DNA from: Oligoflexia bacterium
Lineage (GTDB): Bacteria; Bdellovibrionota; UBA1018
Direction: 5' to 3'
DNA: 64,000 nt
Assembly: GCA_014378465.1 (NCBI GenBank)
Contig: JACMNQ010000057.1
Span: 134,103 to 198,102, forward strand
Shown: one piece after another, positions 19,462-28,345 of the stretch
Position numbering within the stretch: the first letter of the stretch is position 1
Layout: every line of letters starts with the position of its first letter
Translations under genes and position numbers: made by a program
The notes under the pieces: generated by a model
Seen by the model: the letters and a program-made list of their open reading frames with translations, nothing else
Database searches by the model: none
What the model was told of the DNA's origin: nothing

Positions 19462-20523
19462 TCAGTTCTCGGGACTTTCACGGTCTGCCAGAAGTTCACT
19501 CCATGGCTGAAGTGCGGGTACGGCATTGAAGCAGATGCGAATCACGCCGAGTATCGGAACGCTGAGAAACATTCCCCAGACTCCCCACATCAGACCACCG
19601 GCGAACAATCCCACGAAACTGGAAAGAGCGTTGATGTTCAGCCGACTCCCGACCATTTTTGGAGTCAGGTAGTTTCCTTCGAGGAGATTGAAGACGACCA
19701 GGCAAGCCACCATGCCGAGGATTGACCCCAGAGAATGCCCAGTCGCGATGGCGACTGCAAGAGTGGGAATGAGCGCGATGATGAACCCCACGGCCGGAAC
19801 CAGAGTGAACACTCCGAGAAGTGCGCCGAGAAAAACGCTGTATTTCAGTCCAAAAATGGCCAGCGCCGCTGCACTCAGGCCCCCGATGATGCCCACAATC
19901 AGCATGCGCGCGGTGAGAAAATGCTGGATGAGCGACACCACGTCATCAAGAAGTCGAGTTTCCCTGAATGAAGCGCTTCGCGAAAGAATACGCTCTCCCG
20001 AACGTCTGAGCTGGACCCGGGAGGCCAGCATGAGAATCGAAAAAATCAGGATCAGCGCCCCCTGAGATCCGGCATTGAGCAGGGCCGCCAGGCCGCCGAC
20101 GACGAAAGCCAGTCCCTCTCCTGCGCCGCTGGAAACTTTTTGAAAAACATCCTGGACTTCGAACTTCTCCATTCCAAGACGCATTCCAAGCGAACCTCGC
20201 GTGAAAGCGGTCAGATGCTCCTGACCCGATTGCATCAGGTGCGGAAAATCCTGCACGAGTCCCTGTCCCTGTCTCACAAGCAGGTAACCCACGAGGAAAA
20301 GTGGACTCACCATCACAACCGCGCTGAGCGCAATGGAGAGGACCTCGGGGATTCGCAGATGTTTTCGAAGGAGCTGATGCAAGGGCGCCATGAGAAAGCC
20401 AAGCAGTCCAGCAAGGCACAGCGGAATGAAAAAACTTTTCGCTTCCGCCAACCCCCACAGAAGGACAATCAGATAAGCGGCGGTCTTCAGTCCATCTCCA
20501 TCCGAACTGCTCTTGATCTGCAT
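19462..20523 (-). CDS. AI-2E family transporter
   Basis: Multi-TM; LEGNYLTPKMVG..LNI and GG.MWGVWGMFLSVP; ATG 20523 has a GGGAG RBS. Confidence 0.9.
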   Translation of the reverse strand: MQIKSSSDGDGLKTAAYLIVLLWGLAEAKSFFIPLCLAGLLGFLMAPLHQLLRKHLRIPEVLSIALSAVVMVSPLFLVGYLLVRQGQGLVQDFPHLMQSGQEHLTAFTRGSLGMRLGMEKFEVQDVFQKVSSGAGEGLAFVVGGLAALLNAGSQGALILIFSILMLASRVQLRRSGERILSRSASFRETRLLDDVVSLIQHFLTARMLIVGIIGGLSAAALAIFGLKYSVFLGALLGVFTLVPAVGFIIALIPTLAVAIATGHSLGSILGMVACLVVFNLLEGNYLTPKMVGSRLNINALSSFVGLFAGGLMWGVWGMFLSVPILGVIRICFNAVPALQPWSELLADRESPEN

Positions 20524-20620
20524 GCCTGATCTCCCTGTGGTTTTGACATCAGCTAAACAGCACTTGTTCCAAAATGAAAACAATAAATGCGTTTGGAACG
20601 ACTTTGGCATATTGCGAAAC

Positions 20621-21451
20621 ATGCTCTTTCCAACCCTGATTTCATTTCGACGCTCCCCGTCCCTTCAGATCCTTCTCGTGAGCCTTTCTGTGCTTCTCCT
20701 GCCGGACCGTTCGTTCGCTCAGATGCAGACCTCAGTCTACCGGGTCTCGCCAGTCGTCGACGGAAGCATCATCGGCGTGACTGCACTCAGCATCCTCCTG
20801 CCTGAAATCAATGCGAATCACCTGATTCATCCGCGCACCATCCAGTCCAGTGAAGTGAACTCTCTGGATCGTTCAGCGATCGGAAACTCCAACACTTTTC
20901 TCGATACCACCAGCGATATCACCACGGGCGCCGCTGTGATCGCACCCGTGCTTCTTGACTGGATGGATCTGGGGACGAGTCAGGAATTTCTCGAAGACCT
21001 GACCGTCTATTCAGAAACCTTGAGCATCAACGGAGCTCTGGTCACGCTCGCGAAATACACAGTCCAGCGCCCCCTGCCGCGCACTTACGCCGGCGATCCG
21101 AAGCTGGTCAATTCTCCTGGAGGCTATCGCTCTTTCTACTCCGGGCACACCTCACTGACCATGGCTTCGCTCAGTGCCGCCTCGATGACTCTCAATCTCA
21201 GACACCACTCCGGCGCTCTGCCGTGGATCCTGACCGGTGCGATCACTCTGAGCGTTGCGGCGGAAAGAGTCGCGGCGGGGCGGCACTTCTACACGGACGT
21301 TGCCGTGGGCGCCGCTGCCGGAGCACTGGTGGGCATTCTCGTCCCGTTTTTTCACGAGCGCCGCAAGCGCGAAACTTCAACTTCGACTGTGAGTTTCAAT
21401 TTCGTTCCCACACCTGAAGGGGCTTTAGCTCAGTGGACGCGGCACTTCTGA
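20621..21451 (+). CDS. PAP2-family phosphatase
   Basis: K...QRPLP, SFYSGHT and RVAAGRHFYTDV motifs. Confidence 0.88.
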   Translation: MLFPTLISFRRSPSLQILLVSLSVLLLPDRSFAQMQTSVYRVSPVVDGSIIGVTALSILLPEINANHLIHPRTIQSSEVNSLDRSAIGNSNTFLDTTSDITTGAAVIAPVLLDWMDLGTSQEFLEDLTVYSETLSINGALVTLAKYTVQRPLPRTYAGDPKLVNSPGGYRSFYSGHTSLTMASLSAASMTLNLRHHSGALPWILTGAITLSVAAERVAAGRHFYTDVAVGAAAGALVGILVPFFHERRKRETSTSTVSFNFVPTPEGALAQWTRHF

Positions 21452-21452
21452 A

Positions 21453-21968
21453 TCAGGTCTGAGGTTTTGGATGGGCCTGTGGTTCCACCAGATCCGTGTA
21501 GCGAATGATGCTCAACGTTCCGTCCGCTTCAAGCACCGCGGACTTGGCTTCATTGAAGTGATGAATTCCCTGCTTCCTGAAAAGAGTTCTCAGCTCTGAT
21601 TTGGAAAGAAGTTCCTTTTTCAGGTTCTTCTCGAGCAGCTTTCCATCGTGAACGAGCATCCGCGGAGTGCCTTCAAAGATGCTTTCAAAAAATCGACTCT
21701 TGTAAGTGAGGTAGGAAATCCCGAGACTCAGCAGGATGAGGACCACGGCCAGCAGCAGTCCACCACTGAGAGAATTGTCTCCACCATTCATGGAGTTCTG
21801 AACGGCATTGCTGATGAGGAGAATGGCGACGAACTCCGTCGCACCCATCTGTCCAACCTGCCTCTTGCCGGAAATTCTCAGGAGGATCAGCACGGCAAGA
21901 AAAACAACCGCCGCACGGATCACGAGATTCAACGGATGAACGTCAAAATGCATCAGGCTGTTCCACAT
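21453..21968 (-). CDS. DUF421/YetF family membrane protein
   Basis: LRISGKRQVGQM, EGTP..LV.DG and A.LEADG.LS motifs. Confidence 0.9.
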   Translation of the reverse strand: MWNSLMHFDVHPLNLVIRAAVVFLAVLILLRISGKRQVGQMGATEFVAILLISNAVQNSMNGGDNSLSGGLLLAVVLILLSLGISYLTYKSRFFESIFEGTPRMLVHDGKLLEKNLKKELLSKSELRTLFRKQGIHHFNEAKSAVLEADGTLSIIRYTDLVEPQAHPKPQT

Positions 21969-22105
21969 TGGACTACACTAACCGTTGCAGCGGCCAAATC
22001 AAGAACTACTCACATTTGTCAACTCGAAAGCGCTTCCATGGTGCTTGACCAGAGAACAAATCGCGTGGCGCCGGGCCGCCTCATGCAGGAGACACCTCGA
22101 ATTTT

Positions 22106-22471
22106 TCAATTTTCCTGGTTCATCTCGGGCAGCTGATAAATGGCCGTGATCACATTCTTGAGCTCACTGCTGAATTCATCCATCACCTTGACCGGATCGA
22201 CATCAGAGCTGGACTTGCCGTAATCCTCCAAAGTCTGACAGAGCGCCGACAAAGCCAGCGCACCGATATTGCCTGAGCTTGATTTCAAAGAGTGAGCTTC
22301 AGCTTTGACCCCCTCGCGATCCCTTCTCACAACGGCAGTCTCCATGCGGGCCACGCGTTCACTTACGCTGCTCAAAAAGAGGTTCAGAATCTGGGCGACG
22401 AAGCCCGTGTCCGAGTCCGCTTCAAGTTCGCGGAGACCTTTGATGACTTCGAGATCCAAAGAAGTGCTCAT
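22106..22471 (-). CDS. Hpt domain phosphotransfer protein
   Basis: AHSLKSSSGNIGA..L..LC..LE. Confidence 0.9.
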   Translation of the reverse strand: MSTSLDLEVIKGLRELEADSDTGFVAQILNLFLSSVSERVARMETAVVRRDREGVKAEAHSLKSSSGNIGALALSALCQTLEDYGKSSSDVDPVKVMDEFSSELKNVITAIYQLPEMNQEN

Positions 22472-22593
22472 GGTTCCATTCTCGTCCAGATCGTGCGGTA
22501 GCGCCAACTGAAAACGTTCCTGACGCTTACCGCCAGATGCGACCCACAAACACTCGACGCGGATCAGTCGTGGACTCTCACTCTCAAGATTCC

Positions 22594-22953
22594 TTAAAAA
22601 AGCTCAGCATGCCAGGCGGCCCAGAGTATCAGTACTCCTTGAATCGGCAGTCTGACCCAGACCATCCATTCCGCAAGTCCGAAGGCTCGGCCTCCCTGCT
22701 GAGCCATGTAGATGTTTGCCGGAAAGACGGCCACCAGCAGCGCCATGAGTCCCATCGCGGCGTAGCGACTGACGGGTGAAACCAGTAAGCCCGCTCCCAG
22801 GGTCACTTCGGCGATTCCACTGAGCACCACCATCAGGTGATGCTCCGGAATCCAGGGCGGCATGATCTTCATGTAAACCTCAGGCTTGCGAAAGTGCATG
22901 ATCCCGGCGGCGATGTACACGATCGCCATGAGGACGAGACTGACTTTTTTCAT
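22594..22953 (-). CDS. DoxX-like membrane protein
   Basis: AGIMHF..P..Y..IMPP, SG.AE, AVFPANIYM and RLP.Q motifs. Confidence 0.85.
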   Translation of the reverse strand: MKKVSLVLMAIVYIAAGIMHFRKPEVYMKIMPPWIPEHHLMVVLSGIAEVTLGAGLLVSPVSRYAAMGLMALLVAVFPANIYMAQQGGRAFGLAEWMVWVRLPIQGVLILWAAWHAELF

Positions 22954-24998
22954 GATCTCTCCACTTCTTTGGGCCAGAGAAAGGACAAGGGGGACGCTTT
23001 CCAGTACAGCTTCACTCGGCGAAACAGCACTCGCACCTGACGATGATCCACTTCTCTTGCACGAATGGCGACCAGAAGGGCCAGGCTGAAGCTGACGCCG
23101 AAGTTCAAAAGTCCGATGACAAGAATGGAAAGTGCGGTGCTCGCGATCATCCAGACGCTTTCATCCGTCCACGGCAAAGTCACGACTCCCAGAGCGGCGG
23201 AACCGGAAGACAGAGTCACGTGCCTCACTTCAAGCGGAATCCCGAAGAACTTGCCAAAGACAGGAACGAAAGCGAGCAGAAATCCCAGGCAGATCGAAGC
23301 ACTGGTCCCGGAGATGGCGCTTTTGTAGAATTTTGCCAGGCGTTGAGCTTTTTGAAGTCCAAAAAGTCTGCGAAGAATTCGGCTCTGAGCGACAGTTTCA
23401 GGAATGCGGTAGTACACGGAAGCATTCTCTACCCAGCCGGCCGCGATGCTCGCCAGCCACAGAAGAACTCCAGTCAGCGCGGCGTAGAAGAACGTCAGCG
23501 TATGAAAGAGATTGAGAGATCCAACGGCGTGGTGAGCTTCGTCCACGGTCAGGTAATGAGAGCCGGTCGCCCGCTTCCAGATCCAGTCAATGATGAGAAT
23601 GGTGGGAATGACTGCAAAGACATTCCCGAGCGCCGCCGCGAACTGAGAACGAGTGAGGCGAGCGACCATTTCCGGGAACTCAGTTTTCACCTGACTCTGA
23701 GTCTCGTGATCCTTGAGGCTTGACGGATCGAGTTTTCCGGCGAGCGCCGCTGCGGTCATCGACGGCTGCTTGGTGGCCAGCTTGAAATCAAAACACTGCA
23801 TGATGATGAAGCTGCCCGAATAATTCACCGCGGAAAACATTCCTTCAAAAAATGGCGGAAGCCCCAGGCCCATGATCACGAATTTCATCATGGCAGTTCC
23901 GGCCGTGAGCACTCCTCCGCCCGCCGCTTCGCGAACCATCTGAAAGTACTCCGCACGGGTTCGCGTGATGTAGTGTTCGCCCGTTTCACCGGATCGCTCA
24001 GAAATCTTGCGAGAGAGAAGCGCCATGCTCTTTCTGAACAGAACGAGGACACTCTGATCCTTGTAGGCTCCGCGAATCAGATCCGAGATGAGTCTGATCT
24101 CCAGCGCCCCGGGAGCCAGGGCCTTCTTCTTTCTCACGCAGACGCGAACGATCATTTCGAGTCGATTCAGGCTGGTTTCAATCTTCCCGACCTGAAAGAC
24201 CAGCTCCACACTGACGCCGAATTCTTCGAGATGACTCCTCACCCACGCAAGCACCTGACGAGCGGCTTCGATTTCGTGCAGATACTCCTCGAAGATCGCG
24301 CCGCGTTCGAGATCACTGGATCTAAGGAACTTGTGTTGCAGGAGCGGCAATCTGACGAAAGGAGACTGGGACATGACCACTGAGGGAGCACGCAATCGAA
24401 TGGATTCTCGAACTCCCATCCCGGAGATCTCCGCCGCGAGAATGGTGGACGCTTCCTTCAAGGACTCGTCCTGGCGCCACTTCAGGGTGTCCAGGTGCTC
24501 CAGTGCGCCACAGGAAATCCAGGCCATCAGCCCGTTGAAAACATCCTCCGGAAGCTCAAGCATCCACTCAGTATCCTGCTTCTTCAGGAAAAGTCGCGGC
24601 AGGAGTGCACTCAGGCTCTTCTCCTCACTGGATTCCGGCAGGATCTTGTGAATCAATCTTCTGGACGCCTCCTGGAGAAATCCCTGTTCGCTTGGAATGC
24701 CGGAACTCGCGAGCAAACTCACGCTGGTGGTCTCCTCCAGAACGCTGCGGATCAGTTCAGCGGTGGTCCGCTTGAGCTCAGGACTGCGCTCCAGAAATTG
24801 CAGCACGAACCGAAGACGCACGACCGGAGAGGACTCTCCTGCGGCACCGCGATAACAGATCCATCTCGACAACTGCTCGAGCCAGATCAGTCTATCCGAC
24901 AGCAGGCTTTCAGACTTCGCCTGCGCGAAGATGTAGCTCAGGTCGAGTTTCGGATCAGGGAGAAAGGCCTGCTGCACGCGCTTGATGGCTTTGAACAT
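22950..24998 (-). CDS. Gcr-like ('site-specific recombinase' family) polytopic membrane protein
   Basis: ETGEHYITRTR.EY..M...AAGGG, LATKQPSMTA, RSQ.AA..GN, RHVTLS and NFGVSF.LAL family motifs. Confidence 0.85.
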   Translation of the reverse strand: MFKAIKRVQQAFLPDPKLDLSYIFAQAKSESLLSDRLIWLEQLSRWICYRGAAGESSPVVRLRFVLQFLERSPELKRTTAELIRSVLEETTSVSLLASSGIPSEQGFLQEASRRLIHKILPESSEEKSLSALLPRLFLKKQDTEWMLELPEDVFNGLMAWISCGALEHLDTLKWRQDESLKEASTILAAEISGMGVRESIRLRAPSVVMSQSPFVRLPLLQHKFLRSSDLERGAIFEEYLHEIEAARQVLAWVRSHLEEFGVSVELVFQVGKIETSLNRLEMIVRVCVRKKKALAPGALEIRLISDLIRGAYKDQSVLVLFRKSMALLSRKISERSGETGEHYITRTRAEYFQMVREAAGGGVLTAGTAMMKFVIMGLGLPPFFEGMFSAVNYSGSFIIMQCFDFKLATKQPSMTAAALAGKLDPSSLKDHETQSQVKTEFPEMVARLTRSQFAAALGNVFAVIPTILIIDWIWKRATGSHYLTVDEAHHAVGSLNLFHTLTFFYAALTGVLLWLASIAAGWVENASVYYRIPETVAQSRILRRLFGLQKAQRLAKFYKSAISGTSASICLGFLLAFVPVFGKFFGIPLEVRHVTLSSGSAALGVVTLPWTDESVWMIASTALSILVIGLLNFGVSFSLALLVAIRAREVDHRQVRVLFRRVKLYWKASPLSFLWPKEVERS

Positions 24999-25104
24999 GC
25001 GAGAATCGTAACACGATTTTGCGCACGTCCCAGCGCTTTAGCGATCGGCCCCCACGAAATGCCGACAGACAATGCGCGAAGGCGATGAGAACTCTTGAAT
25101 CAGC

Positions 25105-25770
25105 TCAACGCTGCATGTTTTTCCAGAAGGAGTCCACGGCGGCGCGAGCTTCCTGGCACTGGTCAGGGGTCAACTTGTTGGAATCGGGATAGATGATTGC
25201 CGACATCACGTCAGAATTGCTGTTCACGTGATCGAGGTTCAGATAGTGGCCAAGTTCATGGGCGACGATGTTTCCAAAGTCAGCGACCGTGCTCTCGAAA
25301 ACGGCACCATACGGGCCGGAACCCGGCATGGCGGTCCAGGCATTCTTGGCGGTTCCCCAATAACCGGTCTGAGCGATCAAAAGAGTGTTGCCATCATTGA
25401 ACGCTTTGCGGATCTGGTCGAGCTCATTCATGGAGTCGACTTTGGAAAGGCCGAACTTCGTCGGATCAACGGCCTGATAGTTGTCGATCTGAAATTGAAT
25501 TCCACAGGACTTCCAGATCTGATTGATCGTGGCGAGATTCCTGGTGGCGGCGGCCTGGTCCGTGACCGCGTCTCCTTTTGAATTCGTGTAAGTTACATAA
25601 TTCAGAGCCAGGCATTTCTGACTGGGATCGTCAGAATGACAGCCAGCGGCCAGAGGTGAATAGTTTGCGGCAGAACCCGCAGCCCCAGCAGATGATCCGT
25701 CGCAAGCAGTCATTCCAAACATCGCGGTCATCACAATCAGAAAAGGGCTGGTGATCGTTTTAAAATTCAT
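25105..25770 (-). CDS. Metzincin (matrixin-like) metalloprotease lipoprotein
   Basis: Lipobox MTAC; HELGHYLNLDH with a Met-turn (DVM). Confidence 0.85.
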   Translation of the reverse strand: MNFKTITSPFLIVMTAMFGMTACDGSSAGAAGSAANYSPLAAGCHSDDPSQKCLALNYVTYTNSKGDAVTDQAAATRNLATINQIWKSCGIQFQIDNYQAVDPTKFGLSKVDSMNELDQIRKAFNDGNTLLIAQTGYWGTAKNAWTAMPGSGPYGAVFESTVADFGNIVAHELGHYLNLDHVNSNSDVMSAIIYPDSNKLTPDQCQEARAAVDSFWKNMQR

Positions 25771-26218
25771 TCCGTCTCCTCCGCAAAATTCTCCGAAGCT
25801 CAGCGCCACTGTCTGTCTTTCGAAGCAGCGAACGCCGATTGATCCATCAATCCAGCGCGCTTGAATCTTGTCTCTGTGGTTACCGAGCCTACTCAAAAAA
25901 GTGCAGCGACGTCGAGAATTTACTTCAATTTGCACTGTAAAAGTTGAGTAAGTGAACGGCCGAATCGGCAAGACGAATTTGAATAAGGGCAATTATTCCC
26001 CGTGAATTCTTTGATTCAATCATTTCTAAAGCATCACGCGCACAGCGGCATGAGCCGCTCAATAAAATCTTTGAAAACGCATGACAGCGACCGGCTCAAT
26101 ACACAACTTTTATTGAATCAGGGTTGAAACCGGGAGCGGAGCAGGAATCCAGGGAGCACGCTCATCTTCAATTGCAGGCTCATGTCGACACTCTGAAGCG
26201 ATCGACTCCGCCTGAGGG

Positions 26219-26440
26219 CTAGGGCTTGGCCGAGGACTGCACTTCTCTCAGGTCGCACGACTCAGTCTCTGGATCAAAAACCACGGTGACCTTGCCAGCC
26301 TCAATCTGCCTCATGACATGGGCGATCTTGGTCTCAAGTGAAGCTTCGCGTTCTCCATAATCAGTTCCATCACGCGTGACGAATTCTTCGATCAAGGCAT
26401 GCAGCACATCGGGCGGGAGACGATCGTGAGGAATATCCAT
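26219..26440 (-). CDS. YheU/UPF0270 family protein
   Basis: LIEEFVTRDGTDYG signature. Confidence 0.9.
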   Translation of the reverse strand: MDIPHDRLPPDVLHALIEEFVTRDGTDYGEREASLETKIAHVMRQIEAGKVTVVFDPETESCDLREVQSSAKP

Positions 26441-26454
26441 GGTCCGTTCTCCTG

Positions 26455-26916
26455 TCAGTCATCCTGGTAGAGAGGCGAATACTTTTTCAGGAGAATCCGC
26501 CCCTGCTGCTGCAACTCCCGGGCTTTTTCAATGATCCGAAAGCGGGCGCCCGTCTGCTGGCCCACCGTCACCTGCGCGAGCTCCGAAGCGGTGTCCCGGT
26601 AAGCGAAAGCCTGGGCGGATGCCATGTTCTTCACGAACTTCTGGACCAGTTCTTCATCGGAGCAATGATAGAGAGCGAGAGCGACGGCAGTCATTTCGTT
26701 CTTCATTTCGTGCATCAGCTCCGCCACCATCATGCCGTTCACGGACTTGAATTCTTCAAACATGAAAATCGCGGTTTCGACATGCGCAAGGAACTGCGGG
26801 TCGTCATTGCGAAGAATAGCCATCAGCTGCTCGCGTCGAGGGAGCGGAGTGGTTTCAAGTGAATTGACCAGATTTCTGAAGCCACCTGGCTTTTTATGTC
26901 GTGCAGCGATAGACAA
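26455..26916 (-). CDS. Orphan FliG C-terminal-like domain protein
   Basis: DP.....V...IFMFEE, ALAL, KNM and A...II...REL...G.I pattern. Confidence 0.7.
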   Translation of the reverse strand: MSIAARHKKPGGFRNLVNSLETTPLPRREQLMAILRNDDPQFLAHVETAIFMFEEFKSVNGMMVAELMHEMKNEMTAVALALYHCSDEELVQKFVKNMASAQAFAYRDTASELAQVTVGQQTGARFRIIEKARELQQQGRILLKKYSPLYQDD

Positions 26917-26927
26917 GAGACACCTTT

Positions 26928-27470
26928 GTGATGAAATTGCTCAATCCGTATTTCAATTTATATCAGGCTTTGGCCCATTCCTCGAACACTTTTGAGCAAC
27001 TCCCGGCGGAGATTCGAAAAAATCTGATCTGGGCCTATTCGTGGTCCATTCCGACGACTGAAGCCATCCTGAAGCTCACAGAACATTCGCCGCTACTCGA
27101 GGCGGGAGCCGGGACGGGATACTGGGCTTGGCTTTGCGAACAGGCCGGCGGGCAGATTACCGCCTTTGACCGCAATGCGACCGCAGCTCCGCACTGGACC
27201 GCGGTGCACGCAGGTGACGCAAGCTGGATCGTGCGGCACCCCGACAAGACTCTGTTTCTCTGCTGGCCACCCCTCGACGACCGCTTCGCTGCTGACTGCC
27301 TGACTGCCTACGCGGGCCAGTGGCTCTTCTACGTTGGCGAATTTCGAGGGAGGACGGCCGACACTGCATTTCATGAGCACCTGGAGCGGGAGTTCACGCT
27401 CGATTCGACCGTACAGCTGCCCTGCTGGCCGGGCTTTTCCGATCGACTCCATCTCTTCCGGAGAAAATGA
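26928..27470 (+). CDS. Class I SAM-methyltransferase-like protein
   Basis: YSWSIP, LEAGAGTGYWA, LFLCWPP and YVGE motifs. Confidence 0.75.
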   Translation: MMKLLNPYFNLYQALAHSSNTFEQLPAEIRKNLIWAYSWSIPTTEAILKLTEHSPLLEAGAGTGYWAWLCEQAGGQITAFDRNATAAPHWTAVHAGDASWIVRHPDKTLFLCWPPLDDRFAADCLTAYAGQWLFYVGEFRGRTADTAFHEHLEREFTLDSTVQLPCWPGFSDRLHLFRRK

Positions 27471-27523
27471 CGAAGAAAGGCGGCTCTGGACGAAAGTGAA
27501 ATCTGCGCAGAGCCCCTGAAACG

Positions 27524-27550
27524 AAAAAAGGCGCTCCTCGCGGAGCGCCT
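27524..27550 (-). terminator. Intrinsic terminator of the HU gene
   Basis: AGGCGCTCC-N4-GGAGCGCCT hairpin with a T-tract on the minus strand. Confidence 0.8.
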
Positions 27551-27604
27551 CAAATCGATTTTCGCCAGGTGCGAATCAGAATTTTCCGGCCGAAGCCTTA
27601 AAAA

Positions 27605-27997
27605 TTACCAATTCTTCTTGTTTGCGAAAGTTTCTTTCAAGGTCTTGGGGAAAGACCAGCGTGGCTTCTGGCTTGCTGGACGTGCCTTGATCATCATTTC
27701 TTCGCCAGTGAAAGGATTGACGCCTTTTCCTGCTTTACGAGCCTTGACTTCTTTACGGCCGATGGCGCCGATGACAGGGAAACGAACGCGTTCACCCTTC
27801 GCTGCTGCTTTCACGCCGGACAAGAAAGTATCTTCGATAGCTTTCTTGAGGTCAGTGCGCTTCATGCGGATTTCGCCGTTTCTTGCGACAGTAGCCAATT
27901 TCAGAACGCTCTCATGAAGAGTGTTGATGAAAGAGAACTTGGTGTTCTTGTTGGTCTTGGTCGTTTTTCCTGCAGATTTCTTAGTAACTTTTGCCAT
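27605..27997 (-). CDS. HU/IHF-family DNA-binding protein with a Lys-rich N-terminal extension
   Basis: KARK...GVNPFTGEEM.IKARPA; strong GGAGG RBS. Confidence 0.88.
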   Translation of the reverse strand: MAKVTKKSAGKTTKTNKNTKFSFINTLHESVLKLATVARNGEIRMKRTDLKKAIEDTFLSGVKAAAKGERVRFPVIGAIGRKEVKARKAGKGVNPFTGEEMMIKARPASQKPRWSFPKTLKETFANKKNW

Positions 27998-28043
27998 TTG
28001 TAAATCCTCCGTTGTCTTAGTTGTAGGGCCTCATTTCAGTTCG

Positions 28044-28059
28044 AGCAAGAGCAAATCCT
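28044..28059 (-). promoter_or_regulatory. Putative sigma54 promoter (HU gene)
   Basis: Minus strand AGGATTTGCTCTTGCT with GG-N10-GC spacing. Confidence 0.45.
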
Positions 28060-28345
28060 GAAAAAGCGTCGTTTATTTCACAAGAATGCGGATTCGATTT
28101 CCATCACTCACTGAAAGCCGCCCTTCGGATTTGTGTCCCATGCTCATTTTCATCTAAAAATAGGCGGAAACAAGCAAAAAATTGATCACTTCTAATTTCG
28201 TCGACCTGTCTAGTGGTTTTTTTTGTTATTTTGGAAATGTATGGCGACTCGAATCACAAACAGGCCTGTTTCACGCTTCTTCACCCTACTGGGATGCTCA
28301 CTCCATTCATCGCGGCGGCACACGTGACAAATGCGAGATCCGCGA

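Noticed and set aside
22950-24998. Mobile element suggested by the 'site-specific recombinase' family name
   Set aside because: No catalytic recombinase motifs, att sites or cargo genes; the protein is polytopic
25771-26218. Long intergenic region as a possible c-di-GMP riboswitch or sRNA
   Set aside because: No recognisable consensus or terminator-bounded unit
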